The notes: a model not told the origin generated them from the letters alone. Shown: positions 19,572 to 29,583, numbered from the stretch's first letter. The stretch: 32,000 bases of DNA from Candidatus Saccharimonadota bacterium (GCA_046350815.1 JAXLZO010000001.1:1110001-1142000), one strand, 5' to 3'. Made by a program: numbers and translations.

Positions 19572-21386
19572 CTATTCCAATGAAAATTTATAACCTGGTG
19601 CAAGAAGAATTGATATATCTGGTACAGATCATACGCCATCATACCAAGGAAAGTTGCTTATATCTCACTCAATCACAGGAAGATGCGTATCTTGTGAGAG
19701 ATATTCAGCAACTTTTTTCATAGCATCCGAAGCTGTTGGTAATACAACGATCACAGATTTTTCAAATCCATTTTTATCAAATCAAGGTATACTATCCGAT
19801 ATAGATCAAGTCGACGTTGTCTTAGGTGTTCGAAGTTGCTTGAGAGTTTCTTGATCAAATTGATATCCGGATCGAATAAGTGCTTGTCGGAGGGTATATG
19901 CTTGTGCCATAGCGCTCTGAGTTGTATACATCCGAATACGATAATCGGACGAAAGAATGCTACTTTGCGCAAATATTTTTGTGATAAATTGTGTTATATA
20001 TTCATATTTTGAAACTTGTGTGAGAGTAGCACCCTGAGGAAGCAACGTCCATGCACCAGCTGTTAAATCACGATTAGGCGTATAGAGAAGACCCCCTGCC
20101 TGACATGCCATATTGAGAGCATAACATGACTCATTGATATTAGTAGCATAGATAGCGTCACGATGAACATCTTTTGCTCGAACAGCAAGAAAGCCAAGAT
20201 CAGTTACATCAAGATCTGTCCACACATGTTCTTTGAGTGAGTCGTAGAGATCTTGAATTTTTGAAGGAGATGTAAGTGTATCGACAGAAAACACCTTATC
20301 ACGAATAGCCTGAAGAACAAGCTGCTGACGAACAGATCGATCAAAATCACTCGTCGAATGCCGAGATCGAACATATTTAAGTGCTGTCTTCCCATCAAGT
20401 ATTTGCTTACCTGCATTAATACGAAACACCTGATACCCATAATTATTATCTGGATAACTCATATCTACAATCGATTTTGGTACATCAATTTCAATACCAC
20501 CAATCAAATCGATAAATTGAATAAATCATGAAAAATCAATAAGTGCCACATGATCAATCTGCTGTCCAGTAATTTCTGTGATTTTCTTGGACAAATCTCA
20601 AAGTGCCAGCTCTTTATCTCCATTATGTAGTTTAAGTGATCGCGCATAGAGCTCATTGATCTTTGCTGGATTACCAAGTCCAAGATTCGACATGCTGACA
20701 TACAGATCTCGTGGTATAGATACGAGAGTTGCGTGATCAGGTTTGTCTGCAAGGTGAATGATTTGTATTGAATCTGTGAGATTACCCCCATCATGGCCAG
20801 CACCGCCAATTCCAACAACAAGAAAAGTTGTATTTGCAAATTTTGATACAGGAGGAAGGTCTTTGAGTATATTTGGAAGAGAAAGATTATCAAAGAATCA
20901 TGTTTTCTCTTGAGTTTCGATATTGTTTACAAAAATCGGCGCAAAAAATGACTGTATTCATGACCAATAAGCTCCGCCAAGCATACGAGAGATAAAGATG
21001 CTCGCAACAACAATCGTCGCAAAAACTCACATCCAAGAAAAGAAAGAACGTATAAAAAGAGAGAACGATGACTCGTGACGTATCTTAGGCGTACGATGTT
21101 TGCTCTCTAAATCATGGGAAGACACATATATATCACCATCTCTGTCGATAAAACCATGATTATATCTATCTTCACCATAACGATCTTCAGTATGCCTCTC
21201 TACTTGAGGAAGATGTTCTTTTTTTGAAATAATAATTTTTTTTCATTTAACTATTGGCTGATGTTGATCAGCTTCATCATCAGTATGAATAGATATTTTT
21301 TCACTCCTCAGAGTATTAGGAGAAATAATATCATCATCAATATTAATAGCACCAGAAGAGATTTTTTGTCGACGAAACTTTGGCAT
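19572..21386 (-). CDS. LytR-CpsA-Psr (LCP) family cell-envelope phosphotransferase, 604 aa
   Basis: ...TTFLVVGIGGAGHDGGNLTDSIQIIHLADKPDHATLVSIPRDLYVSM...KINELYA...IDHVALIDFSG(TGA)FIQFIDLIGGIEIDVP...GKTALKYVRSRHSTSDFDRSVRQQLVLQAIRDK. A TM segment (VFATIVVASIFISRMLGGAY) follows an N-terminal tail of about 130 aa. TAG stop at 19572, 15 nt before the PBP start. Confidence 0.85.
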
Positions 21387-21481
21387 GATAACAACTCAAT
21401 AAAAGACCGAGAAATTATAGAGAAAAAGGGTGAATTGCCAAAAATCTTTCCAAAAAGGAGTCGCATTTTTTCATTTTCTCT

Positions 21482-21487
21482 TATAAT
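21482..21487 (+). promoter_or_regulatory. -10 box (TATAAT) placed 7 nt upstream of the rsmH ATG; leaderless-type arrangement
   Basis: cttTATAATacacagaATG. There is no Shine-Dalgarno sequence. Confidence 0.4.
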
Positions 21488-21494
21488 ACACAGA

Positions 21495-22448
21495 ATGTAT
21501 AATGAACATATTCCCGTCCTTCTTGATCCAGTACTGGAAACTCTTTCAGACACATGGCTCACATCACAACGACTTACAAATAAGTGAGGCGTTGTTTGTG
21601 TAGACGCCACTCTCTGACTCGGCGGTCATGCTCATCACATCATTTCACGACTCTCAAGTGGAGACACTTATATTGGATACGATCGAGATGCTGATAATTT
21701 GAAGAAAGCACTAGAAATACTAGAGCCTCTTGCACAAAAGAGATGAGTTGAGCTCATAACAACTCACGCTTCATATCGTGATATCATTGACTCAAAAATA
21801 TATTTTGATTTTCTTCTTGGTGACTTTTGAGTGTCAAGTGTTCACTATGATCGAGGTGAGCTTGGATTCTCCACTCGTCATGAATGACCTCTCGATATGA
21901 GGTTTGATCGCACAAGCACATCTACTACTCAGACCGCTACCCAATACCTCGCATCAGTGTCATCTGAAGAGTTACTCAAAGTACTCTATCAATTCTGAGA
22001 AGAAAAGAAGGCTCGATTTATCGTCGATGCTATTATGAAAAGACGGGCGATAAAACCCATTCAAACAACTGAAGATCTTGTTGATATTATCAAATGATCA
22101 AGCTTTGACCCAAAATCAAGCATTCGCGTCTTTCAGGCAATTCGCATAGCTGTCAATCATGAATTCGATGAACTTGAATATCTCATATCACATATCAATT
22201 CATGACTCAAACCATGATGAAAAATTGCCCTCATTTCATTTCATTCCTTGGAAGATCGACTCATCAAAGAAAATATGAAAATATTTCTCGAAAATGAAAT
22301 AGATTCATGGAGTGGTAAAATCAAAAAAAGTGCTCCTCTCCAAAAGATCAGCAAAAAACCAATTATCGCAACAGAAGCAGAAACAGAAGCTAATCCACGA
22401 TCGAGATCCGCAAAACTCAGAACCTATGAAAAACCATTTAGCAAATAA
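21495..22448 (+). CDS. rsmH: 16S rRNA (cytosine1402-N4)-methyltransferase RsmH (MraW), 317 aa
   Basis: [17 protein letters not shown]...VCVDATLG(TGA 21615-21617)LGGHAHHI...[11 protein letters not shown]...LLGDFG(TGA)VSSVHYD...G(TGA)PLDMRFD...FG(TGA)[12 protein letters not shown]...[17 protein letters not shown]...LKPG(TGA)G(TGA)[16 protein letters not shown]...[16 protein letters not shown]. Confidence 0.95.
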
Positions 22449-22461
22449 ATAACATTCATCT

Positions 22462-22806
22462 ATGAATGCAAATATCCTCATCGTCAAAAAAAACCACAAC
22501 CCATTTGATTGCTCACGAAAAACAGAACGTGAGAGCTCAAAACTCTCATTTCGTCATAGCTATATTATCGCTGGATGTTTCATCACGATACTTGCTGTAA
22601 GCTACGTATATCTGCTCAATCTCAACGCAACAAGATGATATGCGATTCGTACTCTTGAAAATGATCGGAAAAATGCGCTCTTTCAGGAAAAGCTTCTCAA
22701 TATCAAGATCGCTGAGAGTCAATCAATAGATAACATACAGAGCTCTCCAATACTTGCACGCATGCACTCGGTAGATACTCCAAAGTACGTCATCGAGAAA
22801 GAATAA
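22462..22806 (+). CDS. FtsL-like cell-division protein (114 aa; call rests on position and topology)
   Basis: It lies directly downstream of rsmH. It has a single TM (YIIAGCFITILAVSYVYLL) followed by a coiled-coil-like region (RTLENDRKNALFQEKLLNIKIAESQSIDNIQ). Confidence 0.45.
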
Positions 22807-22818
22807 TATATTTGTCTT

Positions 22819-23469
22819 ATGAATCTCTCCTTCTCAAACCTGCAAGAAAAATTCAACAGTTACGACACCCAGATCATGAAGTGAATACTTCTTCCTTATA
22901 GAAAAAACATTGAACTTACCCTTCTTATCCTAGCTTTTCTCATACCGATTATTTGGTTTTTCTTTGGCATAAATCAGGACTCCAAAAATGCGGGAGAGAT
23001 TTTTAAATCTGCGGGTAGTGGAGGACTCTACCTTATCTTCTTGCTCCTTCTCATCTCCCCACTTGCAGAGCTCACCAAATCAAAAGTTCCACTCTTTTTC
23101 AAGACGATGCGTAGACCATTTGGTATATGCAGCGGTCTTCTCATTGGTATTCATGCTATACACTACATTGACTATCTCTTCTGGGCAGTTATGAATTGGG
23201 AATTTACTCTCTATAGTACAGCTCTTCTGAGCGGATGTATAGGATCTGTAATTCTCATAGCACTTACACTCACATCGAACAATCTATCACAAAAAATGCT
23301 TGGGAAAAAATGGAAGCTCATACAACAATGAAGTTATTATGCATTACTCTTCTGACTCATACATGCGATTCTCATAACACAAGATTGGTCTTATATAATA
23401 CTCGGATGTATATATCTCTGAGCAAAATGATTTTTAATGTATAAAAAATATGCTACCAAAAGCACTTAA
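22819..23469 (+). CDS. Ferric-reductase-like transmembrane (YedZ/MsrQ-like, heme b) protein, 216 aa
   Basis: It is a multi-TM protein with the conserved His pattern: ...MRRPFGICSGLLIGIHAIHYIDYLFW...LGKKWKLIQQG(TGA)SYYALLFG(TGA)LIHAILI. It overlaps the recR start by 20 nt. Confidence 0.6.
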
Positions 23470-24058
23470 ACGCGTTCAAGATACCCTCTCACTCCTTCCA
23501 TGAATCGGCGAAAAAACAGCACTTAGGCTTGCCTTTTTTCTCTTCGAAGCCAACCAACAATTCAGTGATGAGATGAGCAGCGCTATTGCAAATCTTCACA
23601 AAGATCTAACCATTTGCCCAACATGCTACGGATACACGGATAGCAGTCGAACGGTTTGTACAATATGCGATGATATAAACCGTGATAGTAGTATGCTTTG
23701 TGTTGTTGAAGAATATATTGATATGCTGATTATTGAACGCAGCTGATCATATAAGGGTTACTACCACATACTCGGATGATCACTCTCCCCTATCCACGGC
23801 AAGCCTCTCGCAGAACTCACGATCAACCGACTCTTTGATCGAGTACAATATCAAGATGAAGCAAAACCAATCAAAGAAATCATCCTCGCCGTCAATCCCA
23901 ATCTTGAGTGAGAAGCAACTGCGCTCTATATCGAAGGAAGAATTCCAAAAAAAGATACCTTCAAAATCTCACGACTCTCCAAATGATTGCCAAATGCAGG
24001 ATATATCGAATATGCTGATGATCTCACACTCATTAACGCTATGAGGGGACGAGGGTAA
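23450..24058 (+). CDS. recR: Recombination protein RecR (202 aa)
   Basis: MLPKALKRVQDTLSLLPG(TGA 23501-23503)IGEKTALRLAFFL...CPTCYGYTDSSRTVCTICDDINRDSSMLCVVEEYIDMLIIERSG(TGA)SYKGYYHILGG(TGA)SLSPIHG...EIILAVNPNLEG(TGA)EATALYI...ISRLSKG(TGA)LPNAGYIEYADDLTL. It shows HhH, zinc-finger and Toprim motifs. Confidence 0.95.
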
Positions 24059-24059
24059 T

Positions 24060-24091
24060 AATAGTCAAGTAAATTATATTACTTGACTATT
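24060..24091 (+). terminator. 13-bp perfect hairpin just after the recR stop; probable terminator
   Basis: AATAGTCAAGTAA-ATTATA-TTACTTGACTATT. Confidence 0.5.
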
Positions 24092-24145
24092 ATTGAAATA
24101 ATGTTTTGAGAAAATATATTTTTGTATACCATAAGGGATATTATA

Positions 24146-24151
24146 TATAAT
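24146..24151 (+). promoter_or_regulatory. -10 box (TATAAT) 6 nt upstream of the ATG at 24158; leaderless-type arrangement
   Basis: tataTATAATtttcttATG. Confidence 0.4.
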
Positions 24152-24157
24152 TTTCTT

Positions 24158-24730
24158 ATGGAATCACGACAATTTGAATACGAAGGAGAAACCGATGAAC
24201 AAATGGAGCTCTTTGATCACTACAACGATAAAATTGTTGCATTAAAAACACCGACACTCACACAGCAGATCGATGAGTGGCAGACGAGTTATTTTGTTGA
24301 AAGATTGGAGGCAATGATTCATAGCGATCTTAAAGGAGAAGAAGAGCATGGCCAACTTCATGTCATGACTCGTCTCCATCATTTTTTCACAACAACATCA
24401 AGTCAACATATGCTTATGTTGTTACCCAACGAAAAAATAATGGGAGTAGATATGGCAAAGTACTGAGAAATCAACAAAGTTCTTGATTTAATCAAAGAGG
24501 TGATGGATGATACGATACTATCTGCATGACAAAAATACAGACTCCGAGAGAGGTTAGAGCACATATGAGAATCAAAACCTTTTCAAGCATATATCAAGCA
24601 ACTTTGAGATGCAAGCAAAGATTATTTTTTAACAGGAAACAAGCGAAATACAGAAGTGGAAAGCAAGACGAAAGGAACACAAACAATAGGACAACGAGCC
24701 AGAGCGATATTGGGAAGATGGGGGAAATAA
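24158..24730 (+). CDS. Hypothetical protein, 190 aa (4 in-frame TGA=Gly)
   Basis: MESRQFEYEGETDEQMELFDHYNDKIVALKTPTLTQQIDEWQTSYFVERLEAMIHSDLKGEEEHGQLHVM...MAKYG(TGA)EINKVLDLIKEVMDDTILSAG(TGA)QKYRLRERLEHIG(TGA)ESKPFQAYIKQLG(TGA)DASKDYF...ILGRWGK. The frame is open from 24122 to the TAA at 24728. A strong terminator follows. Confidence 0.55.
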
Positions 24731-24752
24731 TATAGAATAAGACATCTGTATG

Positions 24753-24787
24753 AAAAATACTCAATGAATTATTCATTGAGTATTTTT
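24753..24787 (+). terminator. Rho-independent terminator
   Basis: AAAAATACTCAATGAA-TTA-TTCATTGAGTATTTTT. Confidence 0.65.
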
Positions 24788-24851
24788 AGAGAATAATATC
24801 ATACAACTCATTATGCTAATGAAAATGATGATCCACATTTCGTAAATAGAA

Positions 24852-24891
24852 TTGACACTATATATAATATATTTATATTATATATAGTGTC
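24852..24891 (+). promoter_or_regulatory. Promoter overlapped by a 16-bp perfect inverted repeat (candidate operator)
   Basis: TTGACA lies at 24852-24857. The arms are GACACTATATATAATA (24854-24869) and TATTATATATAGTGTC (24876-24891), separated by TATTTA. -10-like TATTAT/TATAAT hexamers sit inside the arms. Confidence 0.45.
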
Positions 24892-24957
24892 CTTGTTAGC
24901 AATAGCAATGAACTTCCAAAACACATTCTCCCGAATACTCGGGAATAGGAGAGCAAA

Positions 24958-25461
24958 ATGTTCGATTCATTGAATTCATTGATCCATCAGGTGAAGCTTT
25001 CTCTCTCGCCCGAATACGCAAGGCAAGAAAAGGAAAAAGAGGTGGTTTCACAAATTTCGGTGCTCGTTCAGAACATTGGCAATGCTAAAAAAATCAAGGA
25101 AATGCTGAATGAGCTGAGCGGTAAAACCCTTGAAACCATTACCAGTATTTTGATTCAAAGTCAATACTTCGAATACAATGACCTCGCTATACATCTCGAT
25201 CCAAGCAAAGCAGGCATCGCCATTGCAGAAGTCATGAAGATGGCACGTGCACACGCCGAACTCTCCGGTCATGGAGATCGAGCTGGCTGGGCAGCAAAGC
25301 GAATTATGTTCGCTCACAAATGGGCAGTGATCGGCAAAATTCTTACCGCATCGCTGGAAACAGAAATCCGCGCAATTGCCACCAAGATTGCATGGGCAAA
25401 AGATGGTTACATCGAGCGCGAAGTGCAGCAGTATTTGATGTGCAACGGATTCATCCGATAA
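24958..25461 (+). CDS. Hypothetical protein, 167 aa; GC-rich compositional outlier
   Basis: Intact ORF with AGGAG (24947-24951) 6 nt upstream of the ATG, its own promoter/operator and its own terminator. Its 3' half is 52-55% G+C by hand count. It has no TGA among 9 Gly codons. I recognise no family. Confidence 0.75.
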   Translation: MFDSLNSLIHQVKLSLSPEYARQEKEKEVVSQISVLVQNIGNAKKIKEMLNELSGKTLETITSILIQSQYFEYNDLAIHLDPSKAGIAIAEVMKMARAHAELSGHGDRAGWAAKRIMFAHKWAVIGKILTASLETEIRAIATKIAWAKDGYIEREVQQYLMCNGFIR

Positions 25462-25550
25462 TGAAGTGCAAATTCTACCTCATCTAACAAACACAGCTTC
25501 CACTCCCCTTCTCAGTATCTGAGATCTGTGATGGAAGCATACAACCACCA

Positions 25551-25588
25551 AAACCTCAACCAATGAATTGGTTGAGGTTTTTCTTATT
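25551..25588 (+). terminator. Rho-independent terminator
   Basis: AAACCTCAACCA-ATGAAT-TGGTTGAGGTTT followed by TTCTTATTT. Confidence 0.65.
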
Positions 25589-25641
25589 TGAGAGAGAGGA
25601 TATTTGATCGTTTTATCTTGATTTCAAAAGTAAAAGGTTCA

Positions 25642-26085
25642 TTAGAGGTTCTTAAGAAAATTAGAAACAAACAAGAATAATGGAATACCTAAAATACATA
25701 AAAGCATATAACTGGTACTAAAATCGACAGAATCACCTTGTTTAAAACGATCGAAATTATATGGATCATAGAGTATATTTATATGACTTCCAATCACTGT
25801 ACTTGTATTATCTTTATCGATGCGCATTTTCACTTTTCAATGTCCATTTGGGGTGTTAAATCCAACATATGCATAAAAATTGTCACACATACTAAAATTA
25901 CTTCGAGTTCAAACTGTACAAAATTCAGACTCAGAAACAATAGTTTCCACTTGTCCAATAACTTGAACTCAACGATAGGAAAGTAACATATCTGAAATTA
26001 TAGATGGAATAAACAATCAAATCAAAATAAATACTATGAGAAAAAGATGAGTTTTACTTGTAAATTTGTAAGGAGAATATCACAT
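25642..26085 (-). CDS. DUF3592-like membrane protein (TM - beta-rich domain - TM), 147 aa
   Basis: MG(TGA)YSPYKFTSKTHLFLIVFILIG(TGA)LFIPSIISDMLLSYRG(TGA)VQVIGQVETIVSE...VIGSHINILYDPYNFDRFKQGD...YMLLCILGIPLFLFVSNFL. The topology and the ..V.ilYDP.N.. motif resemble DUF3592. It starts 4 nt after the upstream gene's stop. Confidence 0.55.
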
Positions 26086-26088
26086 ATA

Positions 26089-26799
26089 CTATAAATTATT
26101 TTTCGCTACCTCAATCTTTCGAGCAAGCGAACTTGGTAACACCACATCAAATGGATCTTCTTGAAGAACTACACTCACTTTTACAGATTTTGGGAGAAAT
26201 TTTGGTGCAACTGTTGAAGTATTACCTATCACTTCCGTCGCATAATGAACCGTAATGTAGTATCGCTTGGAGATCCTGTCAAGTTCCACTCCGACGCCCA
26301 TGAGACGAAACTCAGGCATCACAATTGCCTTGTAGTGCGGAGCATATTGTCTCCCTTTTTCACTCATGAAGAACTTCCATGTGCTTTTGGTAGCAGCAAT
26401 CAGAGTATCAGTACAATCCCCTTCTTTTGGACACTTCACTACTCAATATCAGATCGACTCAGAGAAGGTTTTACGGGATACATTCTTGAACTTTAATCCT
26501 TGATCACCAAACCATTTCTCTATCTCCTTGTAGTCATAGTACGATGATTTACTTGTTCGTTTATGACTCATGTCACCACGTTTTTCTGATTCGATACTCC
26601 ATACTTTTGCTGTCTGAGTGAGTCCAGAATACGAGGCAATGATTGGAACACCCACGAGAGAGCGCTCAGTATTTGTCCATTCTATCCAAGCATTTTGCAC
26701 ACGATCAGCATCAAAATCATCTTGAGCAAAAGCAAGAGAAGAAAAACTCATCGATATTGCAAAAGTAGCAAAAGTGATAATTCAGGATTGAATTTTCAT
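26089..26799 (-). CDS. Secreted CAP/SCP/PR-1-like domain protein, 236 aa
   Basis: The Sec signal peptide is MKIQSG(TGA)IITFATFAISMSFSSLAFA|QDD. The CAP-like core reads ...VQNAWIEWTNTERSLVGVPIIASYSGLTQTAKVWSIESEKRGDMSHKR...FSESIG(TGA)YG(TGA)VVKC...YAPHYKAIVMPEFRLMGVGVELD...YYITVHY. Confidence 0.65.
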
Positions 26800-26854
26800 A
26801 CAACGAATGATTATAGACAAATCATACTATAGTATTTATAATAAATCAAATTTA

Positions 26855-29044
26855 TCACACTTTTTTGACAGGAGCCATTTCAAGATTGAGTTTTCGTATG
26901 CCATGTCCACCACCAAAAGCAATTTCTGCAATTGGGCTCGACCAAGAGATGATAACACCCGCACCAAACTGAGCATGCTCTACTCTCACTCCAACATGGA
27001 AGACTGATATGTCATTCTTGCTGCGAGCTTTTGCCGTACTCAAAAAACTATTTACATCCACACCAAACGATCCAAATGTAGGTTTTGTTCATTTTTGTCC
27101 AAATATATCTTGTTTTGGATGAACCTCTTCGATAAATTCTTCTGGAATTTCTTTGACAAACCGAGACAACGGATTAGCAGAGTAAGAGCCAAAGTTATAC
27201 CGCTCTCTCGCAGCAAATAAATAGAGCTGCTCCTTCGCCCGTGTAAGTGCTACGTACATGAGTCGACGCTCTTCTTCGAGAGCCTGTGGGTCAACAAGTG
27301 ATCGTGTATGTGGAAAGAGTCACTCTTCGAGACCTACGACAATCACATTACGAAATTCCAGACCCTTTGCGCTATGAACAGTCATTAGAGAGACAACACT
27401 CGATCCTGCTTCATCCGTGTCATGATCAGTAATGAGGGCAATATCTTCGAGAAATGCCTGCAAACTCTCACGTGGAGAGAGTCCAGCATATCGAGAAGAA
27501 AGATTCGCAAGCTCACGCAGGTTGTCCATTCGAGCCTCCGCACCATCATCTCCATATTCCTCTTTAAGAAAATCTTCATACTTAATTGTCTTGATAAGAG
27601 CAATCACAACCTCCTCAACTCCTGATGCATGTGAGAGACTATAGAGAGTTCGATAATTTGCAACGAATGAGATCATACCACGATTTGCAAGTGCGGGCAA
27701 ACCCATCGCTGGTACCATATCCTCGGTAAGAGTATCAAGCGTGATAAATTGTGATCGGAGATAATCAAGAGCTTTTTCTTGAGATTTATCACCAATTTTT
27801 CGTGATGGTACATTGAGGATCCGTCCAAGTGATACTTCATCACTTGGATTCGCGATGAGTCGAAGGTAGGAGAGAATATCTTTAATTTCTTTTCGTTCGT
27901 AAAACTTCACTCATCCATAGATCTTGTACGGAATTGAAGAGCGGAGGAGTGCTTCTTCTATGAGACGTGATTGCCCATTTGTTCGATAGAGGATCGCCCA
28001 ATCTTCATACTCACCCTCATGTGCTGAGATAATTGATGCAATTTTCTGAGCTTCTGTTTTTTCATCATTGGCGACTTCGAGGACAATTTTTTCTCAAAGA
28101 GTATTATCGGTCCAGAGAGTCTTCTCGAGAGCTGTTTTATTATTTTTAATCACAGCATTTGCAGCTGCAATAATCGTCTTGGTCGATCGATAATTCTGCT
28201 CCAGCTTTACAACTGTAGCATCAGGATAGTCTTTTTGAAAAGAGAGAATATTTCCGACATTTGCACCGCGCCAAGAGTAAATTCCTTGCCAATCATCACC
28301 AACTACAGCAATATTTCGATGTTTTGCTGCAAGTTTATGGACTATATCATACTGAATATCATTCGTATCTTGATACTCGTCAACCATGATGTGAGTGAAA
28401 CGGTCATGAAAAACAGCAAGTACATCAGGATAAGCAAGAAGTTCTCGCCACTTGATAAGAATATCATCAAAATCAATTGCATTCATCTCAAGCATGCGAT
28501 TCTCATACTGAGAGTAGATATCCCCTACCAATGCACGAGCATAATTATCCGATGTTGCCTTAAAAGTTCGAGCATCAATTCATGTGTTCTTTGCTTCGCC
28601 AATTTGGTACATTACCTGACGTGGTGGCATTTGCTTCGTATCGATCTTCAGATCATCCATAATCGATCGAATAAGTCGTTGCTTGTCATCTTCATCGAAA
28701 ATACTGAATGACGAAGTATATACACCGAGTCGCTCAATATAACGCCGCAAAAAGAAAACTCCGATCGAGTGAAATGTACCGATAATAGGAAGCTCACTCT
28801 GCAAAAAAGGATGCCCGGACGTATGCTCGAACTTAAGTCGTTTCGACATACGTTCACGCATTTCCTTTGCGGCCTTATTCGTAAAAGTCAGCGCTAATAT
28901 GCTGCGAGGCGATACACCCCCAAACTCTATCATCTGTGCAACCCGCTCAGTCAATGTGTGAGTTTTACCAGCACCAGCACCAGCAAGGATCAGGAGTGGG
29001 CCAGTGGAATGTTGAACTGCTTTTTGTTGTGCACTATTGAGCAT
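26855..29044 (-). CDS. pcrA: ATP-dependent DNA helicase PcrA/UvrD (SF1A), 729 aa
   Basis: [35 protein letters not shown]...[15 protein letters not shown]...TFHS...[14 protein letters not shown]...[15 protein letters not shown]...[12 protein letters not shown]...[12 protein letters not shown]...[25 protein letters not shown](TGA)LFPH...[18 protein letters not shown]... The C-terminal part is [15 protein letters not shown]. Four track fragments share one frame. Confidence 0.95.
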
Positions 29045-29163
29045 CTTATCAGAGAAAATGAGAAGAGATTATATAGAAAAATAGAAGTTGAGAAAATAAA
29101 AAACATAACTGTTGCTGAAACTCAGCATAAGATTAGACTACATTCCATAATCATTCAACTTCT

Positions 29164-29583
29164 ATGAGAATATATTTGGTATCGATAATCATTCTTAGCG
29201 TCGGTTTATCCAGTTGCAATCAGCTAGAACAAAATATGACCAATAAAACAAACAGTAGCAATGAAATAGGTACAACACTCACAGGGCAAGAAAAGGCATG
29301 AGAGAAGATTTATTCCGTAGATGACTTTGTGGAAAATGGTTTCCGAGAACAAAAAAAGGCACAGATTAAGATAGGATCGGTTACATGTTATAATGACCTC
29401 TGTGGTGTTGAAGGAAAAAAATGGGGAATCAATCTCAACAAAGAGGACAGTAAACAATTTTATCCATATTCATCATGAACCGGCGTAAACATGATTATAT
29501 CTGCAGAACCAGATAATTGCGAAAATACAATGATACAATGTCACACGATTAAAAACGCTTCCATAATAAAGATAGAGTGATAA
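29164..29583 (+). CDS. Putative lipoprotein, 139 aa
   Basis: MRIYLVSIIILSVGLSSC has a lipobox (L-S-S-C). There are three in-frame TGAs, a TAA stop at 29581, and a terminator follows. Confidence 0.5.

Noticed and set aside
24854-24891. The AT-rich 16-bp inverted repeat as IS/MITE termini or a CRISPR repeat.
   Set aside because: It is a single copy with only a 6-bp spacer between the arms and no array periodicity or enclosed cargo. It coincides with a TTGACA/-10 promoter, so an operator is the better reading.
24958-25461. Using the absence of TGA codons as evidence that the GC-rich gene is foreign.
   Set aside because: greA (9 Gly) and the DUF177-like gene also lack TGA, so 0 of 9 is not informative. 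Only the GC and Shine-Dalgarno anomalies are retained as evidence.
28235-28711. Long standard-code ORFs lie antisense to or overlapping the conserved genes. Examples are 28235..28711 (+) in pcrA, 9789..10106 (+) in the MFS gene and 2651..2932 (+) in yidC. Others are 3720..4211 (+) across DUF212/greA, 13617..13943 (-) and 20504..20893 (-).
   Set aside because: They are shadow or alternative-frame ORFs. Their translations are low-complexity and Cys/Ile/Phe-rich with no motifs, and the overlapping frame encodes a full-length homolog.
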